From positions 11,026 through 75,025 of IMG/VR virus record IMGVR_UViG_3300044710_000080: a stretch of 64,000 nucleotides of DNA, one strand, 5' to 3'. The position numbers and the translations under genes are program-made. Origin of the DNA: a virus. Numbering within the stretch: position 1 is the first letter of the stretch; the number at the start of each line of letters is the position of its first letter. The notes beneath the pieces are model-generated. The model did not search any database. It was given only the letters and a program-made list of their open reading frames with translations, and was not told the DNA's origin. This document shows, piece by piece, positions 37,197-48,175 of this stretch.

Positions 37197-38935
37197 GCTT
37201 CCCCGCCGGCCTCCTTCTCGGGATCGCCTTCCTTGCCAGCCTGCGGCTGCGGCCGCCCGCCCACAGGCTCAAGGCCCTCTTCTTCCTCCTCGAGCAGTTC
37301 GGGCACGTCCTCGACATCAATGCCGCTGTACGGAGTATCCGGATCATTCGCGATCCGCTTACGAACCTCGATCGGGTGCAGGACCCCCGAATCAATCAGC
37401 GCGACATCGGTCTCGGTTTCAGCCTTCCGCGTCTCCGCCTCACTCTTCTCGTCGAGTGACCACAGCGGTTCGAACGCGAACGTCAGGTCCGGGTCAACCT
37501 TGCCGAATACGGAAAGCTGCGAGAACCGGAAGATCGTGGTCAATGACGGCCGGAAGAACTTCTCCTGGTAGGCGAGAATGTGGTCGTAGAAAATTCGAAT
37601 CTCTGGTTCTGCGGTGGCGTTCAATCCATGTGGCGATATGCCCAACAGCTTGACGAGCGGGATGCGGGATACCGCGGCCATATGCTCCTGTGCCTGGGCT
37701 TGGAGGTTGTCGAGCGTGCCGAGCGGGACAGCCACATTCCAGAACTCCTCGCCGGCGCCCTCCGCTCCTTGCTGGAGGAGCATGAGGCCCTGATTGTCGC
37801 GAAACTTGTTGAATAATTCGACCCGCTTGAAAAGTTCGTCCCCATCGCCCTGCAGGCTCGTTTGCAAATCGGTCTTCACCCCAACTGTCGAGAAGTTGTT
37901 GATGAGGTCGTTCACGTTCGCCACGGTGCGCAGCCAGCGATTTACGTACGGCATCGCCATCTGCACCATCGACAGGCCGCCGAAGGCATAGGCTGGCTTG
38001 AGCAGATCCGGCACGGGCCGCCCGACTAGCGTGAGCAGCCGCGTCGCGTGCATCGGCCGCGCCATCACAAACCACTCTCGCGGCTTGTACCAATCGGGCG
38101 CGATCGGATTCGAGGAGTTATAGTTCGTCGGGTAGGCCCAGACCGGCTCGACATTCACAAGCCGCCGAATCGGAGTTTCAGGCGAAACCTTCGCCGTGCT
38201 GGTCCGGTCGGCCCCATTGCCAATTGGCTTGACCAGCTCCTCCCGGTCCTCCCAGGTGTTCTCGTCACCGGTCTCGATGTAGATGTGCGAGCGGCCGAAC
38301 TCACCGTCGTGGATGGCCGAAAGCTGGAAGACGTCGCGAGTCCCGAGATTCTCCATGAACTCGGTCACCGCTTTGACCTCGTCCTCCTTACCTTTGTCAT
38401 CGCTCTTGCTCTGGACCTTGATCCACTTCCGGGTCATCTCCTCGGCGATCGTCTCGACGATCACGCGGTATTCCGCCCGTTGCATCAGCTCGGCGAGGAA
38501 TGTGTAACCGAGGAAGTGCATCCCCTGGCCGAAGGCGCCGGAGTGGAAGCCGAACGCGCCTGGCCCGAACGAGAACGGGTCAGCCGTGATGATGGTCTGG
38601 TCCTGCGCCCCGGCCCACGCATTGAGCTTCGTCAGGGCGGCGTCCTGGCCGATCTGGAGGCCCTTCGCGGGAACCGCCGCATCCGGGAAGTCGGGGAACG
38701 TGAAGGGGCTGACATGCGGCAGGCGGGAGGCTCGAGCAGCCGCCGCAGCGAGCCCCTGTCGGGGGAAACTCAGCTTGAGCGCATTACCAGCCGGCTTCGC
38801 CTCGACTGCTGGCTTGCCTTCCGCTGAAGGCACAACCGTCAAATGGCTTGGCTTTTCTCCCGTGCGGAACCGAGAGGACCGTCGATCGCCGCCATGGCCA
38901 TTCGCCATCGAGTCGTCCTTGATCTTGAAATTCAA
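37193..38935 (-). CDS. Portal protein (DUF1073 family)
   Basis: F.GY..LAEL.QR.EYR...E..A.EMTRKW, EP.W.YP..YN..NP, H.TRL...RPVPDLLKPAY.FGGLS, IPLVKLLGI.P.GLNA. Confidence 0.9.
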   Translation of the reverse strand: MNFKIKDDSMANGHGGDRRSSRFRTGEKPSHLTVVPSAEGKPAVEAKPAGNALKLSFPRQGLAAAAARASRLPHVSPFTFPDFPDAAVPAKGLQIGQDAALTKLNAWAGAQDQTIITADPFSFGPGAFGFHSGAFGQGMHFLGYTFLAELMQRAEYRVIVETIAEEMTRKWIKVQSKSDDKGKEDEVKAVTEFMENLGTRDVFQLSAIHDGEFGRSHIYIETGDENTWEDREELVKPIGNGADRTSTAKVSPETPIRRLVNVEPVWAYPTNYNSSNPIAPDWYKPREWFVMARPMHATRLLTLVGRPVPDLLKPAYAFGGLSMVQMAMPYVNRWLRTVANVNDLINNFSTVGVKTDLQTSLQGDGDELFKRVELFNKFRDNQGLMLLQQGAEGAGEEFWNVAVPLGTLDNLQAQAQEHMAAVSRIPLVKLLGISPHGLNATAEPEIRIFYDHILAYQEKFFRPSLTTIFRFSQLSVFGKVDPDLTFAFEPLWSLDEKSEAETRKAETETDVALIDSGVLHPIEVRKRIANDPDTPYSGIDVEDVPELLEEEEEGLEPVGGRPQPQAGKEGDPEKEAGGEA

Positions 38936-38967
38936 GTTTCAAGGGTACGCTTGAACTTGAACCGCCG

Positions 38968-40218
38968 TCAATGCCGCGCCCGCACCATCGCCCCGGCCCG
39001 GCGCAGGACGGTGTCCGAGATTACAAGCGGCTGGCGGGCGTGGCCCTTATGGAGATGGGCCAGCGCGAGTGCGCAGACGCAGTCGTCGTGGAACCCGTCT
39101 GGGGCGCTGTAGGACACTCCGCTCCCGCGCCGATATTGGTATTCGAACTGCTCGAGCTCGGCAACGATCGGCCCATCCGGATAGGTCGTACCGCCGCTCT
39201 GGATCACCACGGCGAGATTCTCCATGAGCTTCTGCTTCGAGGCCAGGGTGAACCCGTAGCCCTGGTAGTTCGGCCGCCCCTTCTGCAGCAGCTCGACGAT
39301 TGGATCGCCGACGCCCGTCGAGTCGACCAGCGCCGGCGTGGTGCCGACCGCTTGGCGGATCCGGTTCATCGTATCGTCCCACGGCAGCTGGAACCGTAGG
39401 AACCGGCAGACATAGCCGGCAACGTCGAGCCCGATCAGCACCGTCCAGTCAACATGCTTGGCAAGGTCGATGCCCCAGACCACCGGCGGCTTGGCCGAGA
39501 GCGCGTGCACGCACCGCCGGATCGCCTCAAGGCCGAACGGGTTGCCCTCGTCGTCGGACGGCTCGGCGAGGTAGAGCTCACGGAAGACCCGGTCCGGGAG
39601 CATCCGGCGGGCATCGTCGATTTCCTCCTGCTCGAGCACCCCGGCCGCTACCGCGTCCGCCGCCACGATCTTGTGGTAACCCATCGCCGGGTCACCGGCC
39701 TGGGCCCGGCGGGCGAGCATGTACGCCCACGAGCGCCTGCCTTTGACATTTCCGATGATCCGAATCGGCCCCCTAGTTGCAGTAAGGGTCGATCGAACGG
39801 CGTGCCACGCATCTTCTTTTGTGCGGCTGGCCTCATCCATCACAGCGGCATAGACATCCTCTCCGAACAAACTATCTGGCTTGTCCGCACTCTTGAACCA
39901 GATCACAGTTCCGTTCAAAAGCGTGAGGGTTTTCAAACTCATATGAGGTGCGCACATTCCGCGCGGGAATGCGCGCAGAGAACGCCGAAAGGCAATATCC
40001 GCTTGGCCGCTCACAGGAGCGACCCACCAGTAATTCTGCCCTTCCAGACCCGCGAGAGCCTGTTCGATCAGCCACGCGATACTTCCTGAGGTCTTGCCGC
40101 TCTTAGTTGAAGCTTCAATAATTGAATATCGATGCGCGTCAAAGATGGCCGCGCGTTGTTTTGGATAAAGGTAGGGGCGCTCGTATTCGAGCACATGTTC
40201 TTCGATGGCGCCGGTCAT
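38968..40218 (-). CDS. terL: Terminase large subunit
   Basis: Walker A ASTKSGKT, Walker B VMDEA, nuclease GIDLAK..DWT and HDDCV.ALAL. Confidence 0.9.
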   Translation of the reverse strand: MTGAIEEHVLEYERPYLYPKQRAAIFDAHRYSIIEASTKSGKTSGSIAWLIEQALAGLEGQNYWWVAPVSGQADIAFRRSLRAFPRGMCAPHMSLKTLTLLNGTVIWFKSADKPDSLFGEDVYAAVMDEASRTKEDAWHAVRSTLTATRGPIRIIGNVKGRRSWAYMLARRAQAGDPAMGYHKIVAADAVAAGVLEQEEIDDARRMLPDRVFRELYLAEPSDDEGNPFGLEAIRRCVHALSAKPPVVWGIDLAKHVDWTVLIGLDVAGYVCRFLRFQLPWDDTMNRIRQAVGTTPALVDSTGVGDPIVELLQKGRPNYQGYGFTLASKQKLMENLAVVIQSGGTTYPDGPIVAELEQFEYQYRRGSGVSYSAPDGFHDDCVCALALAHLHKGHARQPLVISDTVLRRAGAMVRARH

Positions 40219-40886
40219 CGCCCAGCCGCCCAGCGAGCAGCCTGAGACACGCTCATCTGCGCCTTCGTTTCCGCCGAATGCCGCTTTCCTAAGTTTGCGA
40301 GCCGGAGCTTTTGCCTAGTTTCATCCGATACGGGAATGCCTGCTCGATTGGCCGACATCTTCGCGCGGGCCTCTGCAGTATGCCGTTTGCCAAGGCGTGA
40401 GGCCGCCATTTTGCGGCAAGCTTCTTCGGATAATGATCGTCCAAGAAGTGCGTCCCTGATCTTCGCGCGCGTCTCTTGAGACGGAGATGTTCCAAGCATT
40501 CGCTCGCGCATAGCCTGCCGTTGCTCTGCGCTGAGTTTTTTGCCTTTATTGCCGCGAGAGATTTTTAGGCGCGTCTCGGCCGAATGAGTGCCCGCCAAGC
40601 CCCCGGCACGAAGATTGTATCCCGCAGGCGCGGCGGTTCCCAAAAGCTCGATGAATGCTATCTCGGCCGCGTCCAAGGAGGCTCGATCTGCCGCCTCATA
40701 TAGGACCGAGAACTCGAATGCATCGACGCCATACTTCTTGAGCGCGGCCGCCAATGCTTTGCATCGAGATCGCTCTAGCCGCGTTCGATGCTGGCTAAAT
40801 CGCTGCTCGGCATTCTGGGTAGTCTGCCCGACGTAGCCCTTTCCGTTGACCCGGTTGCGAGCCAGATAGACGACGCCATAGGCCAC
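40215..40886 (-). CDS. GIY-YIG homing endonuclease with NUMOD3 repeats
   Basis: GVVY...N.VNGK.YVGQT, GYN, repeated HSAETR.K.S / G..HT.E.R.KMS. Confidence 0.9.
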   Translation of the reverse strand: MAYGVVYLARNRVNGKGYVGQTTQNAEQRFSQHRTRLERSRCKALAAALKKYGVDAFEFSVLYEAADRASLDAAEIAFIELLGTAAPAGYNLRAGGLAGTHSAETRLKISRGNKGKKLSAEQRQAMRERMLGTSPSQETRAKIRDALLGRSLSEEACRKMAASRLGKRHTAEARAKMSANRAGIPVSDETRQKLRLANLGKRHSAETKAQMSVSQAARWAAGR

Positions 40887-40888
40887 AG

Positions 40889-41419
40889 TCAGACCTCTCC
40901 GCTATCGGATTCGGCTGAAGGCTCAATCGGCTGGACTTCGATGACCCGGGGAGGCGTGGCACCGTTGCCCTCGATCATCCCTCGTCCCCCATCGAAAACC
41001 TTGAGCGTGAACTTCTTTACGCGCTCGCCAGGCTGCTGCTCGGGCGCAGGCGCCACGACAATGGCCCGGAACTTCGGGCTCTGGAAATCCGCCGCCTTGT
41101 ATTCGATCTGCGAGGCTTTGAGCATCACCTCGGCGTAAAGACTCATCCAATCCTTGAGGTCGTTCCAGGCCGACGCCGGCGCGCTTTCCGCAATGGCCGC
41201 CCGCTGGAACCGCGCCACAATGCCCTTGACGATGCCGAGCAGTTCCTTGGCTTCGGGAATCAGGGCGGCGAGCTCGTCTTTTGCGAGGGGGGAGAACTCA
41301 GCGTGGCGGGCGCGCTCCTTGAGTTCCTCGAGCGCCTTGCGCTCACGCTCGATCGTCAGTTTGTTGCGTCGGCCCAGAGGTCGACCACCAGCGTGCTTTT
41401 TTCGTTCAATTTCGGCCAT
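40889..41419 (-). CDS. Putative terminase small subunit
   Basis: GGRPLGRRNKLT N-terminus; position upstream of terL. Confidence 0.55.
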   Translation of the reverse strand: MAEIERKKHAGGRPLGRRNKLTIERERKALEELKERARHAEFSPLAKDELAALIPEAKELLGIVKGIVARFQRAAIAESAPASAWNDLKDWMSLYAEVMLKASQIEYKAADFQSPKFRAIVVAPAPEQQPGERVKKFTLKVFDGGRGMIEGNGATPPRVIEVQPIEPSAESDSGEV

Positions 41420-41429
41420 TTCTAGTTTT

Positions 41430-41879
41430 CTATCCGAAAACTGAGTTTTTTGCTACCTTCGTCGCGGCCTGTTGCAATACCGCCGACCGATGCAAGCGCA
41501 ATCCGTCGCGGATGGCCTCGATCGCCACTTCTTCGGGCGCCGCGCGACCTCGCAAGGCGAGCAAGCGAACCTCGGCATCGAGATCGGGAGGAAGATCGAG
41601 CATTATCCGGCCGACAGGTTCGACGATGGTGAGTGAGCGGGCTTGGCCTTTGAGGCGAACGACGTGTCCGCGCTCTTCCAAGGCGCAAACCATTCTGAAC
41701 ACTGTGCTTCTAGACCGGACTTTGAGTTTGCGCGCGATTTCATCGAACGAAGGTGCAACGCCATTTTGGGCAACATAGTACCGGACAAAGTCGAGGCAAA
41801 GCCGTTGGCCTGTAGTCAAAGCCATGGGCTCGGGCCGGGAGAGCGGATACAGGCGGCGACGATGATGCGCGTATGTCAT
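41430..41879 (-). CDS. LexA-type winged-helix regulator without peptidase domain, with an RHH-like C-terminus
   Basis: LT..Q...LDFV..Y...NG.APSFDEIA..L...SRSTV.R....LEERG.V.R....AR. Confidence 0.75.
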   Translation of the reverse strand: MTYAHHRRRLYPLSRPEPMALTTGQRLCLDFVRYYVAQNGVAPSFDEIARKLKVRSRSTVFRMVCALEERGHVVRLKGQARSLTIVEPVGRIMLDLPPDLDAEVRLLALRGRAAPEEVAIEAIRDGLRLHRSAVLQQAATKVAKNSVFG

Positions 41880-41887
41880 GGACGCTT

Positions 41888-41916
41888 ATCCTATCGGGAA
41901 AATTCTCCCCGCGCTA
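41888..41916 (-). promoter_or_regulatory. Promoter with operator upstream of the LexA-like/terminase operon
   Basis: TAGCGC-GGGGAGAATTTTCCCGA(17)-TAGGAT. Confidence 0.55.
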
Positions 41917-42457
41917 GTGGACAAGGGCGCATGGGTATGGTGAAGTCGCCTGTGGACAAGTGGAGTATGGCATGATTTCCTCCGCGCAGCGCGACGTGCT
42001 GATCGACCACCTCGACGGGCCGTGCGCGGTGGTGCTGCCGGGGACGGGAATCGCGCGGGGCGACGCGGCGGTCGCGATCGGGCGGCGCTGGCAGACGACT
42101 TCCCGGCTCCTGATGGCGGGATACCTGCGGGGCGACCCGGGCGGGGCGGCGCGGCCGCGGCGCACGGTGATGACCTTCGCCGGCCGCGCGGTGCTCGCCC
42201 AGGCGCTCGCCGCGATGGCGGAGATCCTGGTCGCCGCGGGGTACGGGCTGGAACCGCCGGCGGGATGGCCAGAGGTCGAGCTTAAGCCTTCCTTAACCCT
42301 CCCCCGGCTATCCTTCCGGGGCCATGAAGACGCGCCCTCCACATAGGATTCCGTGCGGCTGCTGGACGGATTGCCGGGCGATTTGCGCCGACCATGCGCC
42401 GGACTGTGGCAGGAAAGTCGCACCCCGCACAATCTTCGTGATACCCGAAGATTCCTC

Positions 42458-42486
42458 TTGCATTTGGGGACGATTTTCCCTACTTT
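42458..42486 (+). promoter_or_regulatory. Promoter with operator upstream of the 42.6-44.3 kb operon
   Basis: TTGCAT-TTGGGGACGATTTTCCC(17)-TACTTT. Confidence 0.7.
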
Positions 42487-42975
42487 CGATCCTGCGCCCG
42501 GCTGGTTTCCGTTCGGGCTCAAGTGCGCAAACAAAAAGTTGTCTGAGGCGCGCGCGAAAAGAGACGCAACATGACCGCGATCATTGGCCGCCGCATCGCC
42601 CCTGAACTGATCATCATCAACGGAGAACCGTGCACCAAAACGATCGCCCGCAAAGCTGCAACATGCGTCACGTCGCGTAAACCGATCAAGCCCGGTGATT
42701 TGGTCTATCGGCCGCTCGGAAATTCGAGCACGCGCTCGGCTCGATACTTAGCTTCGGAAATCGAGGCTATCGAAACGCAGGGAGCCAATCCATGACCCTC
42801 GCCTATCCCCTGCTCGGACCAGCCATCCCGTCCGCATCGAGTTCGCGACCGAGGAGTTCTTCTCGACCGACCTCAAGCGACTCCGGGTCGAGGAGAACGC
42901 CATCGTCGGCCGGACGTACTTCCTGAAACGCGGCCGCATCGTCGCGGTCGCAATCCCAACCGAAGGAGAACGAGC

Positions 42976-43620
42976 ATGAGCCTGATCCCCTACGCCGGTT
43001 CGCCCGCACTGAATGCGGCCAAGGCGGACGACTTGACCATCCCGGATTACCTCAAGCGCAGCCCGGACGACCCGCCTTCCGCAATCAAGGCGCCTGCGAA
43101 GCCGGCCGAGGCGACCACCACCAAGGCTCTCCAGGACGAGGCCAAGACCGCCAAGTCGCGCGGCCGGATCGCCAAGATGAAGGCGAAGCAGAACGGCGAA
43201 CTCGCGAAGATGCCCCTCACCGGGAAGGCCGCGCTCGAGGCCATCAACGCGGCAGACCCGAAGCCGGGCAAGCTCCCCGTCCCGCCCCCGAGCGCCAAGC
43301 AGGACCGCGCCAAGGCGAAGGACAAGCCGAAACCGGCGCCGAAGGACAAGCCAGCGGGCCAGCGCAAGCCACCGGCTGCGAAAAAGGCGGCGAAAGCACC
43401 CAAGGCGCCCAAATCGGCAAACCGCACCAGCGAGCCCCGCTCGGGCTCCAAGACGGCAATGGCCGCCGACCTCATCCGCCGCTCGGGCGGTTGCACCACG
43501 GCCGACATCCTTAAGGCGACCGGCTGGCCGGCGGTGTCGGTCCCGGCGATCGCCCGCGCGTCGGGCATCAAGCTCGCGAAGGAAAAGGACGGGTCGGTGA
43601 CCCGCTACCGGGCGGAGTGA
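42976..43620 (+). CDS. DUF3489-like protein with Lys/Ala/Pro-rich linker
   Basis: C-terminal GSKTA....L..R..G.T..DI..ATGW...SV; RBS AAGGAG. Confidence 0.7.
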   Translation: MSLIPYAGSPALNAAKADDLTIPDYLKRSPDDPPSAIKAPAKPAEATTTKALQDEAKTAKSRGRIAKMKAKQNGELAKMPLTGKAALEAINAADPKPGKLPVPPPSAKQDRAKAKDKPKPAPKDKPAGQRKPPAAKKAAKAPKAPKSANRTSEPRSGSKTAMAADLIRRSGGCTTADILKATGWPAVSVPAIARASGIKLAKEKDGSVTRYRAE

Positions 43621-44276
43621 TGGGCAACAAGGGCACGTTCGATCTACCTCGCACGCCGAGCCAATCCACGCGCGGCGCCCGCAATGCCTATCGGGCGATA
43701 TGGGGCCGGGATTGGCCCCATGACGACGATTACTTGCGTATCCTCGCAAATGAGGTCGACCAGAAAAACCCGCAAGGCAGCGGCAAGCGGTGCGACCACC
43801 TGCTGATGCGGATGCGCGAGAATCACGTCTTCGAAGAGAGCGCCTGATGAGCACCGGACGACGAATCAGCCGCAAGGGCCGCGCGCCCAAGACGACCCTG
43901 CAGTCCTTGCGGTATTCCTACGCGGTGGCGAACCGGCAAGCCTCCGACCTGATCCGGGCATTCCGCGACAATCCGATGGCCCTGCTCGACCTGCAGGGTG
44001 AGATCGAGCGCGGAGCCGACCGCGCGAACGCTATCGCCATGCGCGCCAACAGCAAGGCGAACCGGAGTTGAGGATGGGCCGCGGCGAATCCATTCTCGCT
44101 TTCGTGCGGCACCGTCTCGACGAAGGGACGGCGTCGCCCGAGGCGATCTGGCGGGAGGCGCAAGCCGCGTTCCCGCACCGTTGCGTGTCCTGGGGCTACG
44201 TCGCGCAAATCCGCCTGGACTGGATCGACGCCAATATCGCTCGGCAGCGGCTCGCCGAACTGGACGCCGACCACCG

Positions 44277-45698
44277 TTAGGCTTTTGCCGGGGCAGAGGG
44301 CGCCGTACGCGGCGCCCTTTTTCGTGGGGCCTTCGGTGCCCCTGGCGCCCAGCCAGGGCCGCCTTGCGCCACGCGCTCGCGGACGGCCGCGAACCCATCG
44401 GCGAAGGAGCCCGCCGCATCGGCCTGCCCGTCGTACCGGGCGGTCTGGACCTCGGCGAAGGTCTGGCCGGTCGCCTCAAGGATCGGGGTCTTGCCGGTGA
44501 GCTTGGCCCAGCGCTCGACCGCGACGTCGCAATAGATCGGGTCGATTTCGATTGTCAGTGCCCGCCGCTTCGTCATCTCGGCGGCGATGATCGTGGTCCC
44601 GCTGCCGACGAAGGGATCATACACGGCCTCGCCCGGCCGGGAGTTGTTCAGGATCGGGCACTTCATGCACTCGATAGGCTTTTGGGTGCCGTGGCCGGTC
44701 TCGCTTTTGGCGTGCTCAATTTCCCAAGCCGTGTCTTGATCGCGCGCACCGGACCAGTGCGCTGTCTTGCCTTTGCGGACGGCGTACCAGCAGGGCTCGT
44801 GCCGATAATGGTAGTTCCCGCGCCCGATGACGTGACGCGGCTTAACCCAAATGATTTGCTGACGAATCTCGAAGCCTGCAGCCTCAAGCGCGCCGCCGGT
44901 TTCGAGCTGCCTGGAGCCCGGCGGGCTCCAGGCATAGACGACATCACCCGGGAACAGCGCCCATGCGGCCGACCAATCGGCCTGATCGTCATTCTGCACC
45001 CGCCCTACGGCGCGATCGCCGTAGGGTTTCCCGTTCGCGCGGTCGGCGCGATTGCGCCAGTCCGGATCGTAATCCACGCCGTACGGCGGATCGGTCACCA
45101 TCAGGTGCGGCTTCGCGCCCGCAAGGCACGCCGCTACGTCAGATTTGGACGTAGCATCGCCGCACAGAATCCGGTGGTCGCCGCAGACCCACAGGTCGCC
45201 CCGCCGCGTCACCGGATTGACCGGCGGCTCCGGGGCGACCTCGGCCTCGGGATCTGGCTCCGTCGCCATGAATTGGACGAGATGGTACTCATCGAATCCG
45301 AGCAGCGGCATGTCGTAGCCGAGATGGGCGAGTTCGGTGAGTTCGGTTTTCAGGAGCGGGGCACTCCAGTCTGAAAGTAAACTTAGGGAGTTGTCTTTTA
45401 GGCGAACGCTTTTCTTCTTCAATTCGGTCCAGCCGCGCGCAACGCAAACCGGATATTTGGCAAATCCATTCTTGAGCGCAGCAAGCCGGCGGCCATGGCC
45501 GTAAATGATGACGCCAGCCTCGTCGACCAGGATCGGCGCCGTGACGCCCTCGTCCAGCATCGACCGCGCTATGAGGTCAACTTGTTCGGGAGGGTGAAGG
45601 CGCGGATTGTTTTCGTACGGCACAATCCGCTTGATCGGCCACAGCTCGACCTTTGACGCAGGCCACGAAGCCTCAATCCCGTTTCGCTTCGCCATCAC
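44277..45698 (-). CDS. ParB-like N-terminal domain fused to N6A/N4C DNA methyltransferase
   Basis: PY..NPR.H...Q...IA.S, PIL.D....II.GHGR..AA; DPPY; HGTQKP; DPF.GSGTT. Confidence 0.9.
   Translation of the reverse strand: MMAKRNGIEASWPASKVELWPIKRIVPYENNPRLHPPEQVDLIARSMLDEGVTAPILVDEAGVIIYGHGRRLAALKNGFAKYPVCVARGWTELKKKSVRLKDNSLSLLSDWSAPLLKTELTELAHLGYDMPLLGFDEYHLVQFMATEPDPEAEVAPEPPVNPVTRRGDLWVCGDHRILCGDATSKSDVAACLAGAKPHLMVTDPPYGVDYDPDWRNRADRANGKPYGDRAVGRVQNDDQADWSAAWALFPGDVVYAWSPPGSRQLETGGALEAAGFEIRQQIIWVKPRHVIGRGNYHYRHEPCWYAVRKGKTAHWSGARDQDTAWEIEHAKSETGHGTQKPIECMKCPILNNSRPGEAVYDPFVGSGTTIIAAEMTKRRALTIEIDPIYCDVAVERWAKLTGKTPILEATGQTFAEVQTARYDGQADAAGSFADGFAAVRERVAQGGPGWAPGAPKAPRKRAPRTAPSAPAKA
44297..44322 (+). 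terminator. Intrinsic terminator of the plus-strand operon
   Basis: AGGGCGCCG-TACG-CGGCGCCCT followed by TTTT. Confidence 0.6.
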
Positions 45699-46532
45699 GC
45701 CTCCTTCGGCCAGGCCACGCAGACGATGATTCGCGGCGGCTCGCGTTCAACCCATTCGACGCGCTGAAACTTCACGGGCTCGCGAACGCCGGGGACGAAT
45801 ACCTCAACGCCCGCGACGGCCCCATATTGCCCACGCACGTCCTTGCGCGGCTCGTAGGCCAACACAGCATCCCACGTTTCGCCCGAGATCGAGCGGTACC
45901 GGCAGGCGTCACCGCGACTCGCCACGGGCGCGCTCCTCGAGCTGGCGGACGACATAGGCAAGCGAGGCGGCGAGGCGGCCATTGTCTTCGATGGTCCGCA
46001 GATTCGCCCCACCCAGCGGGAGAGTCGGCGAGGGCGCCGCCGTAGGATTTCGGACGGTCTGAGCATCCTGGACGGCTTTTTCCTGCGCAATGCCGAGGCA
46101 CGCGAAACAATCGAGCGAGCCTCGATGCAACCCCGCAGGAAATTCATCCCGCGATTTGACGCGGCCACAACTCTGGCATCGTCTTGTCAGATACGCCGTC
46201 ACAGCGTCGTCTCCTGCTCGGGCCGCGCCGCAGGCGGGGCGAAGTCGTAAGATCCGTCTGTGACTGTAGCGCGCGTCTTCAAAATATCGACATGGGTTCT
46301 CAAAAGGCATCTCCAACAAGCACAATCCGCCGGATGCTGATCGATGACGATGTCGAGAACCTCATGTTGCTCCATGCCGTTCGCGCGCAGGCATATCGCA
46401 ATTTCCTGAAATGCCAGTTTGTCGTAGCGATAGAAATACCTGAGCACGCGAACATGATCAAACGCGGCTTCCGGCCCATGCACCAGAATAGCAATCAGCA
46501 CTCGCTCGATCCGCACGCGCCGCTTGCGTTCG

Positions 46533-48032
46533 TCACGCATGGGTTTCATTTGCTTTCTTGCTCTTGTGCCATGCGATGTTGCGGGAGCGTATCCACGAGA
46601 TTGTAGGCGCCGACATCATCTCAGCTGGCGCGACGTGCTCAAAATCGCGTGGTGGCCAATTGCCGAACTTTTCTTTGAACTTAAAGGCCGCCCATCCCGG
46701 CTTGTATCCGTGCTCCGCAGAATATGCTTTCAGTTCAGCAAAGAACTGCAAGCGCTGCATGGGCGACCAATCTTCGGGACGGCGCCGCTTGCCGTTCAGC
46801 TTGTGGCCGCCAGTCACCTCGACGAGCTCGCCATCCTGCTCATAAACGTTGCTCACCGGCTCTGGCTTGAACCCGCAATTTGGGCAGATGCGAACGCCAG
46901 CCGGTTTCAGAAAAGCGCATTTTTTGCATTCTTTCGGCAACCGAACGCGCGGCTTTGCCTTGCGCTGCGGCTTGCCGTCATCGAGGTGTTCATGGTGAAC
47001 ATCGGTCACGAACCCGATCCGTTGCGTCGTATCGGAATGGTCGAGGATCAGCGCGGCATCCTTGCCGACCGCTGTTCGCAGAGCGCGCCCGACAATCTGC
47101 ACGTAAAGCATTTCTGATTTCGTCGGCCGTGCCATGATGAGGCATCGGACATCCCAATCGATCCCCGTCGTTAAGGTCTGAATGTTTGAAACGATCTGAT
47201 AGTCCCCGTTGTGGAATTTTCGTTTGATGTCGCGGCGCTCGTCGGCTGGCGTCTCCGCATCCTGATAGCCGCAGGTAATTCCGGCTTGCTGGAATCTTTC
47301 CTGAATTGACTTCGCATGCGCCTTGTCCACTCCGAAGCAAAGCGTTTTGTCCTTGCCCCACTTCTCCTGCCAGGTCCGCACGATGTCGGCCGTAAGCGTT
47401 CCGCCTTGCATGGCCTCGCTCAACTCGCCTTCGTGATAATCGCCAGCAACCGTACGAACCGCCGATAGGTCGGGATGCCCCGTCGCAAAGACTCGGAATG
47501 GCGACAAGTATCCGCGCTTAATCAGGTCGTCAGTCGTCGCCGCAACCAACAAGCTCTCGAAATACTTGCCGAGCCCGCGCGTCCAGGGAGTAGCCGATAG
47601 CCCAATGAACGGGATTGCTTTCCACGCCTCATCAGCCAGCCATCGCTTGTGTGTTTCGTGTAGTCGGTGGCATTCGTCGAAGATTACCGTCTTCGCTTCC
47701 GGCCATGCGCCGCGGGATTGGATAGTCTGGATGCTGCAGACCTGAACCGGGCGCGACCAGTCAGTTCGTTCGTGATTCGCCTGGATCACCCCTACGTCCC
47801 GGATTTCCTCATCCCAGAAGCTTTCGAGCGTCTGGTCGATCAGGCTGATTGCCGGAACCACGAACGCCGTTCGGTTCCCCTTCCGCATCGCGCCATCCAC
47901 AATCGCAGCGGCGATCTTCGTCTTTCCAGATCCGGTCGCCGCTTGCACCACCATCCGTTTCACCCCGGCTTTAACCGTCGCCCGGATGTTGTCCATCGCC
48001 TCGACTTGGTACGGACGCAACTCGCTCAGCAT
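46533..48032 (-). CDS. Superfamily II helicase (YejH/RadD-like) with Zn finger
   Basis: LRPYQ, ATGSGKT, DECH, LSATP, QIVGRALR, CKKC..CPNC. Confidence 0.9.
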   Translation of the reverse strand: MLSELRPYQVEAMDNIRATVKAGVKRMVVQAATGSGKTKIAAAIVDGAMRKGNRTAFVVPAISLIDQTLESFWDEEIRDVGVIQANHERTDWSRPVQVCSIQTIQSRGAWPEAKTVIFDECHRLHETHKRWLADEAWKAIPFIGLSATPWTRGLGKYFESLLVAATTDDLIKRGYLSPFRVFATGHPDLSAVRTVAGDYHEGELSEAMQGGTLTADIVRTWQEKWGKDKTLCFGVDKAHAKSIQERFQQAGITCGYQDAETPADERRDIKRKFHNGDYQIVSNIQTLTTGIDWDVRCLIMARPTKSEMLYVQIVGRALRTAVGKDAALILDHSDTTQRIGFVTDVHHEHLDDGKPQRKAKPRVRLPKECKKCAFLKPAGVRICPNCGFKPEPVSNVYEQDGELVEVTGGHKLNGKRRRPEDWSPMQRLQFFAELKAYSAEHGYKPGWAAFKFKEKFGNWPPRDFEHVAPAEMMSAPTISWIRSRNIAWHKSKKANETHA

Positions 48033-48175
48033 GACCGCCCTCCCGTCCTAGTCACAGTACTACCTCTCCTCTTTCCCTTGTTTCCTTCCTGGAAGCCCAT
48101 CGGACTATCCTACCCTCTCCCCTAACAGACACAGTCACACGCGCGTGTGTGTGCTTTAGCTCAGCAATTGCTAAA

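Noticed and set aside
37193-38935. Anti-CBASS Acb1 label sometimes attached to DUF1073 proteins
   Set aside because: No 2H phosphoesterase HxT motif pair was recognised; it looks like a plain portal.
40215-40886. Group I intron or intein in the terminase
   Set aside because: The GIY-YIG ORF is free-standing and abuts both neighbours; terL is intact with no room for intron structure.
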